Sequence record: NC_024124.2
DNA from: Escherichia phage vB_EcoM_JS09
Length of the DNA stretch: 64,000 bases
Strand: one strand, 5' to 3'
Below the pieces are notes generated by a model that worked only from the letters and a program-made list of their open reading frames with translations, ran no database searches and had not been told where the DNA came from. Position numbers and translations under genes: made by a program. Positions 47,822-56,821 of the stretch are shown here, piece by piece; within the stretch, counting starts at the first letter, position 1, and each line of letters begins with the position of its first letter.

Positions 47822-48982
47822 ATGAATACCTTTAAAATCGGAACGAATTTTGATTTAGCTCTTCTTGATAAAATCGTAGAGCTCAATAAAACTTATCCTA
47901 ATAGCTTGATAAACGAAGTATACGGCTCTACAAGAGAAATGGCTTTTGTAGCAGCCAGACCTGATTTTAGGCTTCCTGACGTTGACAAAAAGATGTTAGA
48001 AGATTACGTTAAACGTTGTAACGAATTAGGTATTTGCTTTAACTATACACTCAACACGATAAATCCTGGTTCAAAAAGAGAACTAGTTGAGTGGAAGAAG
48101 AAAGCTATTCAGGATTATGTTCAGTATCTTTGGTCAATAGGCGTATGGCGTATTACTATCGCTAACCCTGTTGTTATGGAAATTGTTCGTGAAGTCAATA
48201 AAGACATTGAGATTGAAGTTTCAACAATTCTACATGTCGATGCTGTAACTCAAATCAAATACTTGCATGACCAGTATAATATCAAAAAGGTCTGCTGTGG
48301 AATTCATAAGAACCGTTCAGTTTCTTTCCTGAAGCGTGCAGCAGAGTTTTGCAATAAGAACAATATAATATTTGAAGTTCTTGTAAATGAGTTCTGTTCT
48401 AATGCTGGTAAAGGGTATACAACACATTGTAGCTATCGTGACTCTTGCTATATTTTCCATAGTACTGATGTTACAGCTGATGATGCTAAATCCTTAAACG
48501 GATATCCTATGCAGCACTGTATTAAAGCTCGTGATACAGACCCATTTAACTGGTTGAGAACTCGTTTTGTTCGCCCCCAAGATTTGAAACTTTATAATGA
48601 TATTGGTATCACTCAATTTAAAGTTTCGGGACGTACAGGTAGCACCGACTACATTTTGAAAGTTCTTGAAGCTTATGCTTCTGAAAAGTTTGAAGGTAAT
48701 TTGTTGGAATTGTGGAAGCCTTTAGAGACCATTTTCACTCTTGAAAATGAGACAGAGTTTTCACATACAGTAAATATTGAAACCTCTTTGTTAGATGGCT
48801 TTTTAGAAAAAAGGTGGTTCAGACATCCAGATTTCGATTGTGCTAATGAAATCTGCGGGACGACGTGTACATATTGTGAAAGATATTATAAACGTCAATT
48901 ATCTAAAAACGGGTTAGCAGAAAACTCTATATCTATTATTGATATAACTAACTCTGATGACGCTTTGAGGTACCCGGAATGA
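47822..48982 (+). CDS. Cys-rich U32-family-like protein, possible Fe-S enzyme (386 aa)
   Basis: Cys clusters NEFCSNAGKGYTTHCSYRDSCY and CANEICGTTCTYCERYY; overall resemblance to peptidase-U32 (RlhA/UbiU-type) proteins is from recollection only. Confidence 0.55.
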   Translation: MNTFKIGTNFDLALLDKIVELNKTYPNSLINEVYGSTREMAFVAARPDFRLPDVDKKMLEDYVKRCNELGICFNYTLNTINPGSKRELVEWKKKAIQDYVQYLWSIGVWRITIANPVVMEIVREVNKDIEIEVSTILHVDAVTQIKYLHDQYNIKKVCCGIHKNRSVSFLKRAAEFCNKNNIIFEVLVNEFCSNAGKGYTTHCSYRDSCYIFHSTDVTADDAKSLNGYPMQHCIKARDTDPFNWLRTRFVRPQDLKLYNDIGITQFKVSGRTGSTDYILKVLEAYASEKFEGNLLELWKPLETIFTLENETEFSHTVNIETSLLDGFLEKRWFRHPDFDCANEICGTTCTYCERYYKRQLSKNGLAENSISIIDITNSDDALRYPE

Positions 48983-49140
48983 TTTCTAGAAAAACTTTTA
49001 ACCACCAACTTAACGAAGAGATTTTGACTATGAAACTGAACACTAATGAACAAATTCTTAAAAAGGCCCTGATGGGCCTGTTTGAAACTAAAGCGGCTAA
49101 AGTGATTAAAGAAACCTGTTCAATTGGAATACTACGCTGA
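48979..49140 (+). CDS. hypothetical small protein (53 aa)
   Basis: Not in ORF track; ATGA overlap. Confidence 0.35.
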   Translation: MISRKTFNHQLNEEILTMKLNTNEQILKKALMGLFETKAAKVIKETCSIGILR

Positions 49141-49261
49141 TGCATTTCTTCATAGTGTTCTTGGAAGTATCGATGCTGAAGCTTTACGTTATATCAACAT
49201 TGTCAAGAAATTCAAATAAGCTTTACGAATTGAGTATATAATAAATTGTATTGAGGTAAAC

Positions 49262-49978
49262 ATGGGAAAACATAACACAATGAAATATATCAAAGCCGCA
49301 GATTTTCAAACCGCATTTAAAGCAGTCAATCGTGAAATTTTAGAAAACCCGGAATTCGTAACTGATTCTCGTATTGGACGTTGTAATGAAATTGGGTCTA
49401 TGACAGTAGTTGTTGACACTCCATCATCATTCAAAATGACCGACCCACGTATTAACCGCATCTCTTATGAATATGCCGAAGACTTCTGGAAGTTTATGAT
49501 TTCTGGTGGTACCAACGCAGAAGAAGCGTTTAAGGCATATCCTAATGTCGCTAAATTTATTTCTAAACCAAAATCAGATGTTTTGCCGGCGAACTTCAAC
49601 ACTTTCTATGGTCCTCGCATTGCGGCCCAATTACCAGCTCTTCTAAAAGAACTTAAAGAGAAGCCTAACTCCCGAAGAGTTGTGTTCCAAATTCTAGAAA
49701 GTTCTGATCAGGCTTTGCTTGATTCAGACGAAACGCTTGAATATCCATGTACTGACTCAGTGACTTATTATATTCGTGATGGTAAGCTTTATACCCACTG
49801 TCATATGCGTTCTCAGAACTGTGCTGTTGTTATGCAGTTGGATTTTTATCTCCAAGGAAAATTACTTCATTATATCGCTAACGAATGTGGTGTAGAAGTT
49901 GGTGATTATACTCATACCATGGTAAGTGCCCATGTGTTTGAACGTGATTTTGATTATGTTAAAGGATTCCTTGACTAA
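49262..49978 (+). CDS. 42: dCMP hydroxymethylase-like (thymidylate synthase fold)
   Basis: EYPCTDSVTYYIRDGKLYTHCHMRSQN...D aligns with the T4 gp42 core around the catalytic Cys and Asp; 238 aa. Confidence 0.65.
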   Translation: MGKHNTMKYIKAADFQTAFKAVNREILENPEFVTDSRIGRCNEIGSMTVVVDTPSSFKMTDPRINRISYEYAEDFWKFMISGGTNAEEAFKAYPNVAKFISKPKSDVLPANFNTFYGPRIAAQLPALLKELKEKPNSRRVVFQILESSDQALLDSDETLEYPCTDSVTYYIRDGKLYTHCHMRSQNCAVVMQLDFYLQGKLLHYIANECGVEVGDYTHTMVSAHVFERDFDYVKGFLD

Positions 49979-50877
49979 TGGCTATTTTCCGCGTACCTAT
50001 TTTGAGTATGCGGTCTTATGAAACTGGACAGTATGCTATCCTTAAGGATGGCAACTTCCAACTTCATTTGCACCGTGCTAATCCAGGTGATGTGATTACA
50101 TATCCACGTAATGCATCTGATATTAAAGAATGCGAACGTCTTTTTCCGGAATTTAAGTTTGTTCCATTATGGTATAAAGATAACGCGTATAACACTCGTA
50201 AATATTTCTGGTCTGAAAATGAATTTGTGGTTGATTCATTAATTGCTTATTATGATTGTGATTTTCTAATCACAGATATCACTGGATATGATGGCGCTTT
50301 TGACGTAGAATTCAATTTCAATATCACTGCAGACCCTAATAAACCACGTTTTTATATTGATGAATTCTTAAAAACCGACATGTTGTCTGTTAATCGTTCA
50401 CTTCAAACTACTGTGTTGAATGAACGTCAAAAAGAAGTGCTGGTTAACGCAGGTGCAGATGGTAATAAGATTATCGTAACACAGAAAGTTATACGTCCTT
50501 CCGTCATGCAGCGTCTTGTAGGTGATTTGGCTCCTATTCATCTAGATGGTATTTTTCATCCATTTCGAATTAGTGACCCATGCTATCGTTTTGAACAAGT
50601 GGTTGAATGCGCAATTCAATTAGGTCAACCGCTTTATATAACTGATCCAAATAATAGTTTCGACAGAAATAAGTATCCTGAAGAAGCGCTGATTCGAATT
50701 TTTAATCCAACTAAAACTGAGTACTATCAAATTCTTAAAGGACGTCCGAAGATTCAATATTTCGAAAATCCTGAAGAAGTATTCCATCCAGGTCTTGGTG
50801 AGTTCATCTACTTTAATGCTTTAATTTCTTCGCCGTATAATATACCTAAATACGAAGATGTCGTAATCGAGGAATAA
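49978..50877 (+). CDS. hypothetical protein (299 aa), candidate DNA sugar transferase by position
   Basis: Occupies the slot between gene 42 and uvsX where T4 has beta-glucosyltransferase; no motif recognised. Confidence 0.55.
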   Translation: MAIFRVPILSMRSYETGQYAILKDGNFQLHLHRANPGDVITYPRNASDIKECERLFPEFKFVPLWYKDNAYNTRKYFWSENEFVVDSLIAYYDCDFLITDITGYDGAFDVEFNFNITADPNKPRFYIDEFLKTDMLSVNRSLQTTVLNERQKEVLVNAGADGNKIIVTQKVIRPSVMQRLVGDLAPIHLDGIFHPFRISDPCYRFEQVVECAIQLGQPLYITDPNNSFDRNKYPEEALIRIFNPTKTEYYQILKGRPKIQYFENPEEVFHPGLGEFIYFNALISSPYNIPKYEDVVIEE

Positions 50878-50878
50878 A

Positions 50879-51427
50879 ATGGCTAAAATTATTTTAGTAG
50901 ATGGCCCGGATAATGCCGGTAAAACAACTTTCATTAATGACATAATGGAAATTAGTGAAAGATATGTAAAGATTGATTTCCCTAAACGAACAGTTGATGG
51001 ACGTTTCGATGTTAAGTCTCGAAATGAAGTTGGCTGTTTCGAAACGATGTTGAATTATTTAGACCCTACTAAGATTTATCTGTTAGACCGTGGATATATT
51101 AGTAACTGGGTTTATGGACGTATTCGACAAGATGTGGACTCGGTTCTTGACGTTTATGAACAGGATTATGTTCGTCTTTGCCAAAACCATGATGTGTTCA
51201 CAATTATTTTAACACGTAACGAAATGACTGAAAGTTTTGAAGACGACCTTATTACTTTGTCTTCATTCGGTTTTAATACAGTCATTTCATATTTTGAAGA
51301 GTTTGCAATTCATAACAAAATCCAAACGTATCAATTACTTAATCATGACGGTGCTAACAAAGTTATAGGATTTAATGCAAGCGAACGTAATTATTTGATT
51401 ACAGAAATTATCAAATGGGCTCGTTAA
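50879..51427 (+). CDS. P-loop nucleotide/nucleoside kinase-like (182 aa)
   Basis: Walker A VDGPDNAGKTTF typical of thymidylate/dNMP-kinase-like enzymes. Confidence 0.6.
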   Translation: MAKIILVDGPDNAGKTTFINDIMEISERYVKIDFPKRTVDGRFDVKSRNEVGCFETMLNYLDPTKIYLLDRGYISNWVYGRIRQDVDSVLDVYEQDYVRLCQNHDVFTIILTRNEMTESFEDDLITLSSFGFNTVISYFEEFAIHNKIQTYQLLNHDGANKVIGFNASERNYLITEIIKWAR

Positions 51428-51527
51428 GAGCCTGTTTAAAGTTTTTAAATGCTGTATAACCCTTAGTATATAATCGTCTTATCTTTTAAACATGAGTAAA
51501 ATATAATGATGCCTATGGAAAAATACA

Positions 51528-52700
51528 ATGTCTGATTTAAAATCTCGTCTGATTAAAGCTTCTACTTCTAAAATGACTGCAGACTTGACTAAGTCTAAGC
51601 TGTTTAATAATCGTGATGAAGTCCCTACTCGTATTCCGATGTTGAATATTGCATTAGGTGGTGCACTGAATGCAGGGTTGCAATCAGGCTTAACTATTTT
51701 TGCTGCTCCTTCTAAACACTTTAAAACGTTGTTTGGACTAACTATGGTTGCAGCATATATGAAGAAATATAAAGATGCAATCTGTTTGTTTTATGACTCA
51801 GAATTCGGTGCTTCAGAATCTTATTTTCGTTCAATGGGTGTTGATTTAGACCGTGTAGTTCATACGCCAATTCAGTCCGTCGAACAACTTAAAGTTGATA
51901 TGACTAATCAGCTTGACGCGATTGAACGCGGTGATAAAGTTATTATCTTTATCGATTCAATCGGTAATACTGCATCTAAGAAAGAAACCGAAGATGCGTT
52001 GAACGAGAAAGTTGTAGGTGATATGTCTCGTGCTAAGGCACTTAAATCTCTTTTCCGTATTGTGACTCCTTATCTGACTATTAAAGATATTCCGTGTGTT
52101 GCAATTAACCATACCGCAATGGAAATTGGTGGATTGTATCCTAAAGAGATTATGGGCGGTGGTACAGGTATTCTTTATTCTGCCAACACGGTATTTTTTA
52201 TCTCTAAACGTCAGGTTAAAGAAGGTACAGAATTGACCGGTTATGACTTCACGTTGAAAGCAGAAAAATCTCGCACCGTTAAAGAAAAATCTACTTTCCC
52301 AATCACGGTTAATTTTGATGGTGGTATCGACCCATTCAGCGGCTTGCTAGAAATGGCAACCGAAATTGGTTTTGTAGTTAAGCCTAAAGCCGGTTGGTAT
52401 GCTCGTGAATTCCTTGACGAAGAAACAGGTGAAATGATTCGTGAAGAGAAATCGTGGCGTGCTAAAGCTACTGATTGTGTAGAATTCTGGGGACCTTTGT
52501 TTAAACACAAACCTTTCCGAGATGCAATTGAAACTAAATATAAACTAGGTGCTATCTCTTCTATTAAAGAAGTTGATGATGCTGTTAACGACCTTATTAA
52601 TTGCAAAGCAACAACTAAAGTTCCGGTTAAAACTTCTGATGCTCCGTCTGCAGCAGATATAGAAAACGACCTTGACGAAATGGAAGATTTCGATGAATAA
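51528..52700 (+). CDS. uvsX: recombinase UvsX (RecA-like)
   Basis: MSDLKSRLIKASTSKMTADLTKSKLFNNRDEVPTRIPMLNIALGG... near-identical to T4 UvsX as recalled; 390 aa. Confidence 0.95.
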   Translation: MSDLKSRLIKASTSKMTADLTKSKLFNNRDEVPTRIPMLNIALGGALNAGLQSGLTIFAAPSKHFKTLFGLTMVAAYMKKYKDAICLFYDSEFGASESYFRSMGVDLDRVVHTPIQSVEQLKVDMTNQLDAIERGDKVIIFIDSIGNTASKKETEDALNEKVVGDMSRAKALKSLFRIVTPYLTIKDIPCVAINHTAMEIGGLYPKEIMGGGTGILYSANTVFFISKRQVKEGTELTGYDFTLKAEKSRTVKEKSTFPITVNFDGGIDPFSGLLEMATEIGFVVKPKAGWYAREFLDEETGEMIREEKSWRAKATDCVEFWGPLFKHKPFRDAIETKYKLGAISSIKEVDDAVNDLINCKATTKVPVKTSDAPSAADIENDLDEMEDFDE

Positions 52701-53034
52701 TCTCGATGATTTAAATCTAGAAATCGTTGATGAATCCCCTTCTTCGGAAGGGGAAGACATTCGCAAAGAACGAGTGTTTAATGAATCTCTTAAAATTATC
52801 CGTTCAGCAATGGAAAATGTCATTCAAGAGATTCTGATTACACTTGAAGATGGTTCTCATCATATAGTCTATATTACAAAACTAGACTGGGTTGATGGTA
52901 AAATCGTAATGGACTTTGCAGTTCTTGACCAGGACAGAAAAGCAGAACTTGCACCGCATGTTGAAAAATGTGTTACAATGCAAGTACAACAAGCTTTTAA
53001 TGAACGGACCAAGAAAAAATTTAAATTCTTTTAA
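52693..53034 (+). CDS. hypothetical acidic protein (113 aa), at the position of T4 gene 40
   Basis: ORF track frame trimmed to ATG at 52693, overlapping the uvsX stop. Confidence 0.5.
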   Translation: MNNLDDLNLEIVDESPSSEGEDIRKERVFNESLKIIRSAMENVIQEILITLEDGSHHIVYITKLDWVDGKIVMDFAVLDQDRKAELAPHVEKCVTMQVQQAFNERTKKKFKFF

Positions 53035-53043
53035 GGAGTTATC

Positions 53044-54486
53044 GTGGTAGAAATTATTTTGTCTCATCTAGTATATGACCAGGCTTATTTTTCTAAGGTC
53101 TGGCCTTATATGGATTCTGAGTATTTTGAGCGTGGACCGGCAAAAAATGTCTTTAAAATTATAAAGAGCCACGTTAACGAATATAATGCAATGCCGTCTA
53201 TCAATGCGTTAAAGGTGGCTTTAGATAACAGTTCTTTAACTGAAGCCGAATATAAAGGAACTTCAGACCTAATTGAAAAATTGGCTGATACTCCTGAAGA
53301 CCACGAATGGTTGGTTAAAGAAACTGAGAAATATGTCCAGCAAAAAGCGATGTATAATGCTACATCCAAAATCATTGAGATTCAGTCTAATGCTGAACTA
53401 CCTCCAGAACAACGTAACAAGAAAATGCCTGATGTAGGAGCTATTCCTGATATTATGCGTCAAGCACTTTCAATTTCGTTTGATAGTTATGTTGGACATG
53501 ACTGGATGGAAGACTATGAAGCCCGCTGGCTTTCTTATCTGAACAAAGCACGTAAGGTCCCGTTCAAATTAAACATTCTGAATAAAATCACTAAAGGTGG
53601 TGCTGAAACTGGTACACTGAATGTTTTAATGGCTGGTGTTAACGTTGGTAAATCTTTAGGCCTTTGTTCACTTGCTGCAGATTATCTTCAAACAGGTCAT
53701 AATGTTCTTTATATTTCCATGGAAATGGCTGAAGAAGTTTGTGCTAAGCGTATAGATGCAAACATGCTTGACGTATCACTTGATGATATTGATGATGGTA
53801 ACGTATCTTATGCCGAATATAAAGCCAAGATGGAAAAATGGCGTTCAAAAACAACATTAGGACGTTTAGTAGTTAAACAGTATCCTACTGGCGGAGCTAA
53901 TGCTAATACATTCCGTGCGTTGCTTAATGAATTGAAACTCAAGAAGAACTTTGTGCCATCTGTAATCATGGTTGATTACTTAGGTATTTGCGGGTCTTGT
54001 CGTATAAGAGTTTACACTGAAAATAGTTACACGTTAGTTAAAGCTATCGCAGAAGAACTTCGTGCATTAGCAGTAGAATCTGAAACAGTTCTATGGACTG
54101 CAGCTCAAGTAGGACGTGCAGCATGGGATGCTTCGGATATGAACATGAGCGATATTGCAGAATCAGCAGGTTTACCAGCAACAGCAGATTTCATGTTGGC
54201 CGTAATTGAAACCGAAGAACTTGCACAAGCTGAACAACAACTTATCAAACAAATCAAATCACGATACGGCGATAAGAATAAGTGGAATAAATTCCTGATG
54301 GGCGTACGTAAAGGCAACCAGAAATGGATTGAGATTGAGCAAGAAGGCATGAACACATCTAACACAGTAAATGAAAACGCAGGTGCTCAGATGCGCCAGG
54401 CAGAGGTGAATCGTACGGAACGCGTAGGTAAAGCCAAAGCAACACGTGCTGACCTAGATAGCTTAGCCAATGAGTTAAAATTTTAA
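53044..54486 (+). CDS. 41: replicative DNA helicase gp41 (DnaB-like)
   Basis: MVEIILSHLVYDQAYFSKVWPYMDSEYFE... and Walker A GVNVGKS near-identical to T4 gp41 as recalled; GTG start preceded by AAGGAG. Confidence 0.95.
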   Translation: MVEIILSHLVYDQAYFSKVWPYMDSEYFERGPAKNVFKIIKSHVNEYNAMPSINALKVALDNSSLTEAEYKGTSDLIEKLADTPEDHEWLVKETEKYVQQKAMYNATSKIIEIQSNAELPPEQRNKKMPDVGAIPDIMRQALSISFDSYVGHDWMEDYEARWLSYLNKARKVPFKLNILNKITKGGAETGTLNVLMAGVNVGKSLGLCSLAADYLQTGHNVLYISMEMAEEVCAKRIDANMLDVSLDDIDDGNVSYAEYKAKMEKWRSKTTLGRLVVKQYPTGGANANTFRALLNELKLKKNFVPSVIMVDYLGICGSCRIRVYTENSYTLVKAIAEELRALAVESETVLWTAAQVGRAAWDASDMNMSDIAESAGLPATADFMLAVIETEELAQAEQQLIKQIKSRYGDKNKWNKFLMGVRKGNQKWIEIEQEGMNTSNTVNENAGAQMRQAEVNRTERVGKAKATRADLDSLANELKF

Positions 54487-54492
54487 TAAAAA

Positions 54493-54511
54493 GGAGACTT
54501 CGGTCTCCTTT
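54493..54511 (+). terminator. intrinsic terminator with TTCG tetraloop
   Basis: GGAGAC-TTCG-GTCTCC followed by TTT. Confidence 0.7.
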
Positions 54512-54574
54512 CGGGGTTTACATCTTCCTCTAGGCATGATATGATGTACTTACACCAACCAAGAGGAAAACATT

Positions 54575-54949
54575 ATGAATATGTCTCAGGCAATTTTTAC
54601 TGCAATCACCGAAAACACAACTGTTGAAGTAGTTTCTCCGCTGGCAACCTACGTTATTCTTGCTCCTAAAACTATTGTATCTCGTATGGAAAACATGGGC
54701 AAACGTATCGTACAAATTGTTGGAGCCGGAAATCAAAAACTTGATTATCTGCGAACCATCAAAGCTTATGAACATTTCCAACTCGAAAAAGGTTCTCCTA
54801 TCCAGGTAGAACTCGTAAATGGTGATATCGTTCGAGCAATGTTCCATCATTTCTATGCATTGAATGACCCATCTAAAGCGGTTCGTTTAATTGCATACGA
54901 CGCAAACCAAAACGAAATCAACGCAGATATATCTAAATTACGTTTTTAA
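54575..54949 (+). CDS. hypothetical protein (124 aa)
   Basis: ORF track; AAGAGGAAAA upstream. Confidence 0.55.
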   Translation: MNMSQAIFTAITENTTVEVVSPLATYVILAPKTIVSRMENMGKRIVQIVGAGNQKLDYLRTIKAYEHFQLEKGSPIQVELVNGDIVRAMFHHFYALNDPSKAVRLIAYDANQNEINADISKLRF

Positions 54950-54978
54950 GTTTACTTCTCCAGTAGTTGTGTTATTAT
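54950..54978 (+). promoter_or_regulatory. T4-type early promoter with 14-bp inverted repeat
   Basis: GTTTAC (54950-54955), 17-nt spacer, TATTAT (54973-54978); TTCTCCAGTAGTTG (54955-54968) is the perfect reverse complement of CAACTACTGGAGAA (54987-55000). Confidence 0.65.
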
Positions 54979-55004
54979 AGACCTATCAACTACTGGAGAA
55001 CAAA

Positions 55005-55322
55005 ATGAAAACCATCGATTGTAAAGCAGAATTTAAGATTTTTTATCACGGTTCAAGTAGTTCAGCTAACATCGAAAACATGCTTTGTCCTCCTGAAGAA
55101 ACAGGAGTTCTGTCTGAAACAGGACGTAAGAAAAACTTGGATCGTGTATTCTTTACCGAAGATATCGGTTTAGCAAAGATTTATGCAGGACGAGCAGCAC
55201 GCTCTTATGGAGGTGAACCACGTCTCTATCGAGTAATTTCTCCGGTAGATGTAGTTCAAATGAATAATACTAAAGGTGCTACAGTTTATCACGCTGAATG
55301 GGCATTTTGCGAGGAAATATGA
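55005..55322 (+). CDS. hypothetical protein (105 aa)
   Basis: ORF track; GGAGAA upstream. Confidence 0.55.
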   Translation: MKTIDCKAEFKIFYHGSSSSANIENMLCPPEETGVLSETGRKKNLDRVFFTEDIGLAKIYAGRAARSYGGEPRLYRVISPVDVVQMNNTKGATVYHAEWAFCEEI

Positions 55323-55510
55323 GCAAATTAACTAAAGTTACTTTTATTGGCTGGTTTAAAAATGATAATACGTTCACTAAAGATATCATGTTATCAGGTG
55401 ACCGTGAAGAAATCGAGTGGGTTGCGGTACAACTTGCTGAAGTGAACAAAGCATTAGTTAAAGCATTTGTTAATGACGAGAAAGTTTTTGAAGCTGATTT
55501 CAGAGGATAA
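55319..55510 (+). CDS. hypothetical protein (63 aa)
   Basis: ORF track trimmed to ATG at 55319 (ATGA overlap). Confidence 0.45.
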   Translation: MSKLTKVTFIGWFKNDNTFTKDIMLSGDREEIEWVAVQLAEVNKALVKAFVNDEKVFEADFRG

Positions 55511-55511
55511 T

Positions 55512-55724
55512 ATGTATTCAACTGTGTTTAAACCATCAACATACGAATTTGCATCAACTACACAATGGAAAGCTCTTATTCTGGAAGGATGGGAACTAAT
55601 GATGGACTGTGAAGCATCTGAAAAGTTTCCACACGGCAAAGTGGACTTCGTTAAATTTGCTGTACGTCCGACTAAACGACAGATTCGTCAAGAAAAACGC
55701 AAATTTCGCAAAAGTTTAAAATAG
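55512..55724 (+). CDS. small basic protein, RPTKRQ-motif family (70 aa)
   Basis: ORF track trimmed to ATG at 55512 after GAGGATAA; C-terminus VRPTKRQIRQEKRKFRKSLK. Confidence 0.5.
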   Translation: MYSTVFKPSTYEFASTTQWKALILEGWELMMDCEASEKFPHGKVDFVKFAVRPTKRQIRQEKRKFRKSLK

Positions 55725-55784
55725 CTGTTTACAAGCACCACATACTGTGTTACTATCTTTCTATCAACTACAGAGGAAATTGAA

Positions 55785-56153
55785 ATGAAAAAATTAATCG
55801 CTTTAGCAATGGTATTTGGATTAACCGGATGTGGTGCCCATGGCTTTATCCCTAATAACGTCGGCCAATTGATTTACAATCCGAATGTTAAACAGTACGA
55901 CCAACCTAAAGTTGAAGTGGAAGACCCGGTTACTGTAGGTAATCGAATGATTCAAGCTGATGCCCATGCTCAACGTTATCGTGACTCTGATACTGTAGCA
56001 TTGTCAAAAGAACAACGCGTTAAAGAACATTGTCTACAGGCTACTGAAATCGCATTCATTCGCTATGTTGAAACAACTGGTAAAGAGCCTACCCAGAAAC
56101 AAATCGCGAATAACTACGTCCAGTGTATTGAACGTTTAAACAAATTTAATTAA
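55785..56153 (+). CDS. lipoprotein (122 aa)
   Basis: Signal peptide with lipobox MKKLIALAMVFGLTGC; AGAGGAAA upstream. Confidence 0.6.
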   Translation: MKKLIALAMVFGLTGCGAHGFIPNNVGQLIYNPNVKQYDQPKVEVEDPVTVGNRMIQADAHAQRYRDSDTVALSKEQRVKEHCLQATEIAFIRYVETTGKEPTQKQIANNYVQCIERLNKFN

Positions 56154-56214
56154 TTGGTTTACACCAAAGTTAAAACAAGATACTATAAACATAACAAATC
56201 AAGAGGAAATTAAC

Positions 56215-56463
56215 ATGGAATTATTCGTAGCTAGTTCAGTAGCAGTTTTAATCGCAGGTATTGGTTCAATCATCATTTACATGCTGCCTTGGGTAATCGC
56301 ACTTATTCGTGGCACAAAAAGCACAACAGCAATCTTCTTTGTATCTTTACTCTTTAACTGGACGATGGTTGGTTGGATTGGAACTTTAATTTGGTCTATC
56401 GTTGCCGAAAAGAAATCGGCTCAGCAGCCTCAACAAGTAATTATTATTCGCGAAAAAGAATAA
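56215..56463 (+). CDS. Imm-like superinfection immunity membrane protein (82 aa)
   Basis: YMLPWVIALIRGTKSTTAIFFVSLLFNWTMVGWIGTLIWSIV fits the Imm-type pattern (P..IA..R ... N....GWI..LIW) as I recall it. Confidence 0.5.
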   Translation: MELFVASSVAVLIAGIGSIIIYMLPWVIALIRGTKSTTAIFFVSLLFNWTMVGWIGTLIWSIVAEKKSAQQPQQVIIIREKE

Positions 56464-56526
56464 ACTTGTTTACATTATAGATGGACTATAGTATAGTAGT
56501 CCTATCAAATCAACTAAGGAGTTAAA

Positions 56527-56820
56527 ATGAAAAAGTTATCATTGGCAGCAATCTTACTTGCAGTATCATGTGCACCGGCTCCAGTTACGGCAGGTTATGA
56601 TAAAGACCTCTGTGAGTGGTCAATGACTGCAAATCAAGAAGATGTTGAACAACAAATCTTCTCTGATATCATGAACATCACTAAACGAGACCGTCCTAAT
56701 ATGGTTAATAAAGTTGTTGAACAACTTAAGTCTGGCGGTATCATGCAGTACAACTATGTTTTGTATTGTGACCCTAATTTCGATAACAAAGATATCGTAA
56801 CCGAAATCACAGGTGAATAA
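56527..56820 (+). CDS. sp: Spackle-like periplasmic protein (97 aa)
   Basis: 97 aa with signal peptide MKKLSLAAILLAVSCAPAPVTA, close to the primase gene; matches my recollection of T4 Sp in size and features. Confidence 0.5.
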   Translation: MKKLSLAAILLAVSCAPAPVTAGYDKDLCEWSMTANQEDVEQQIFSDIMNITKRDRPNMVNKVVEQLKSGGIMQYNYVLYCDPNFDNKDIVTEITGE

Positions 56821-56821
56821 C

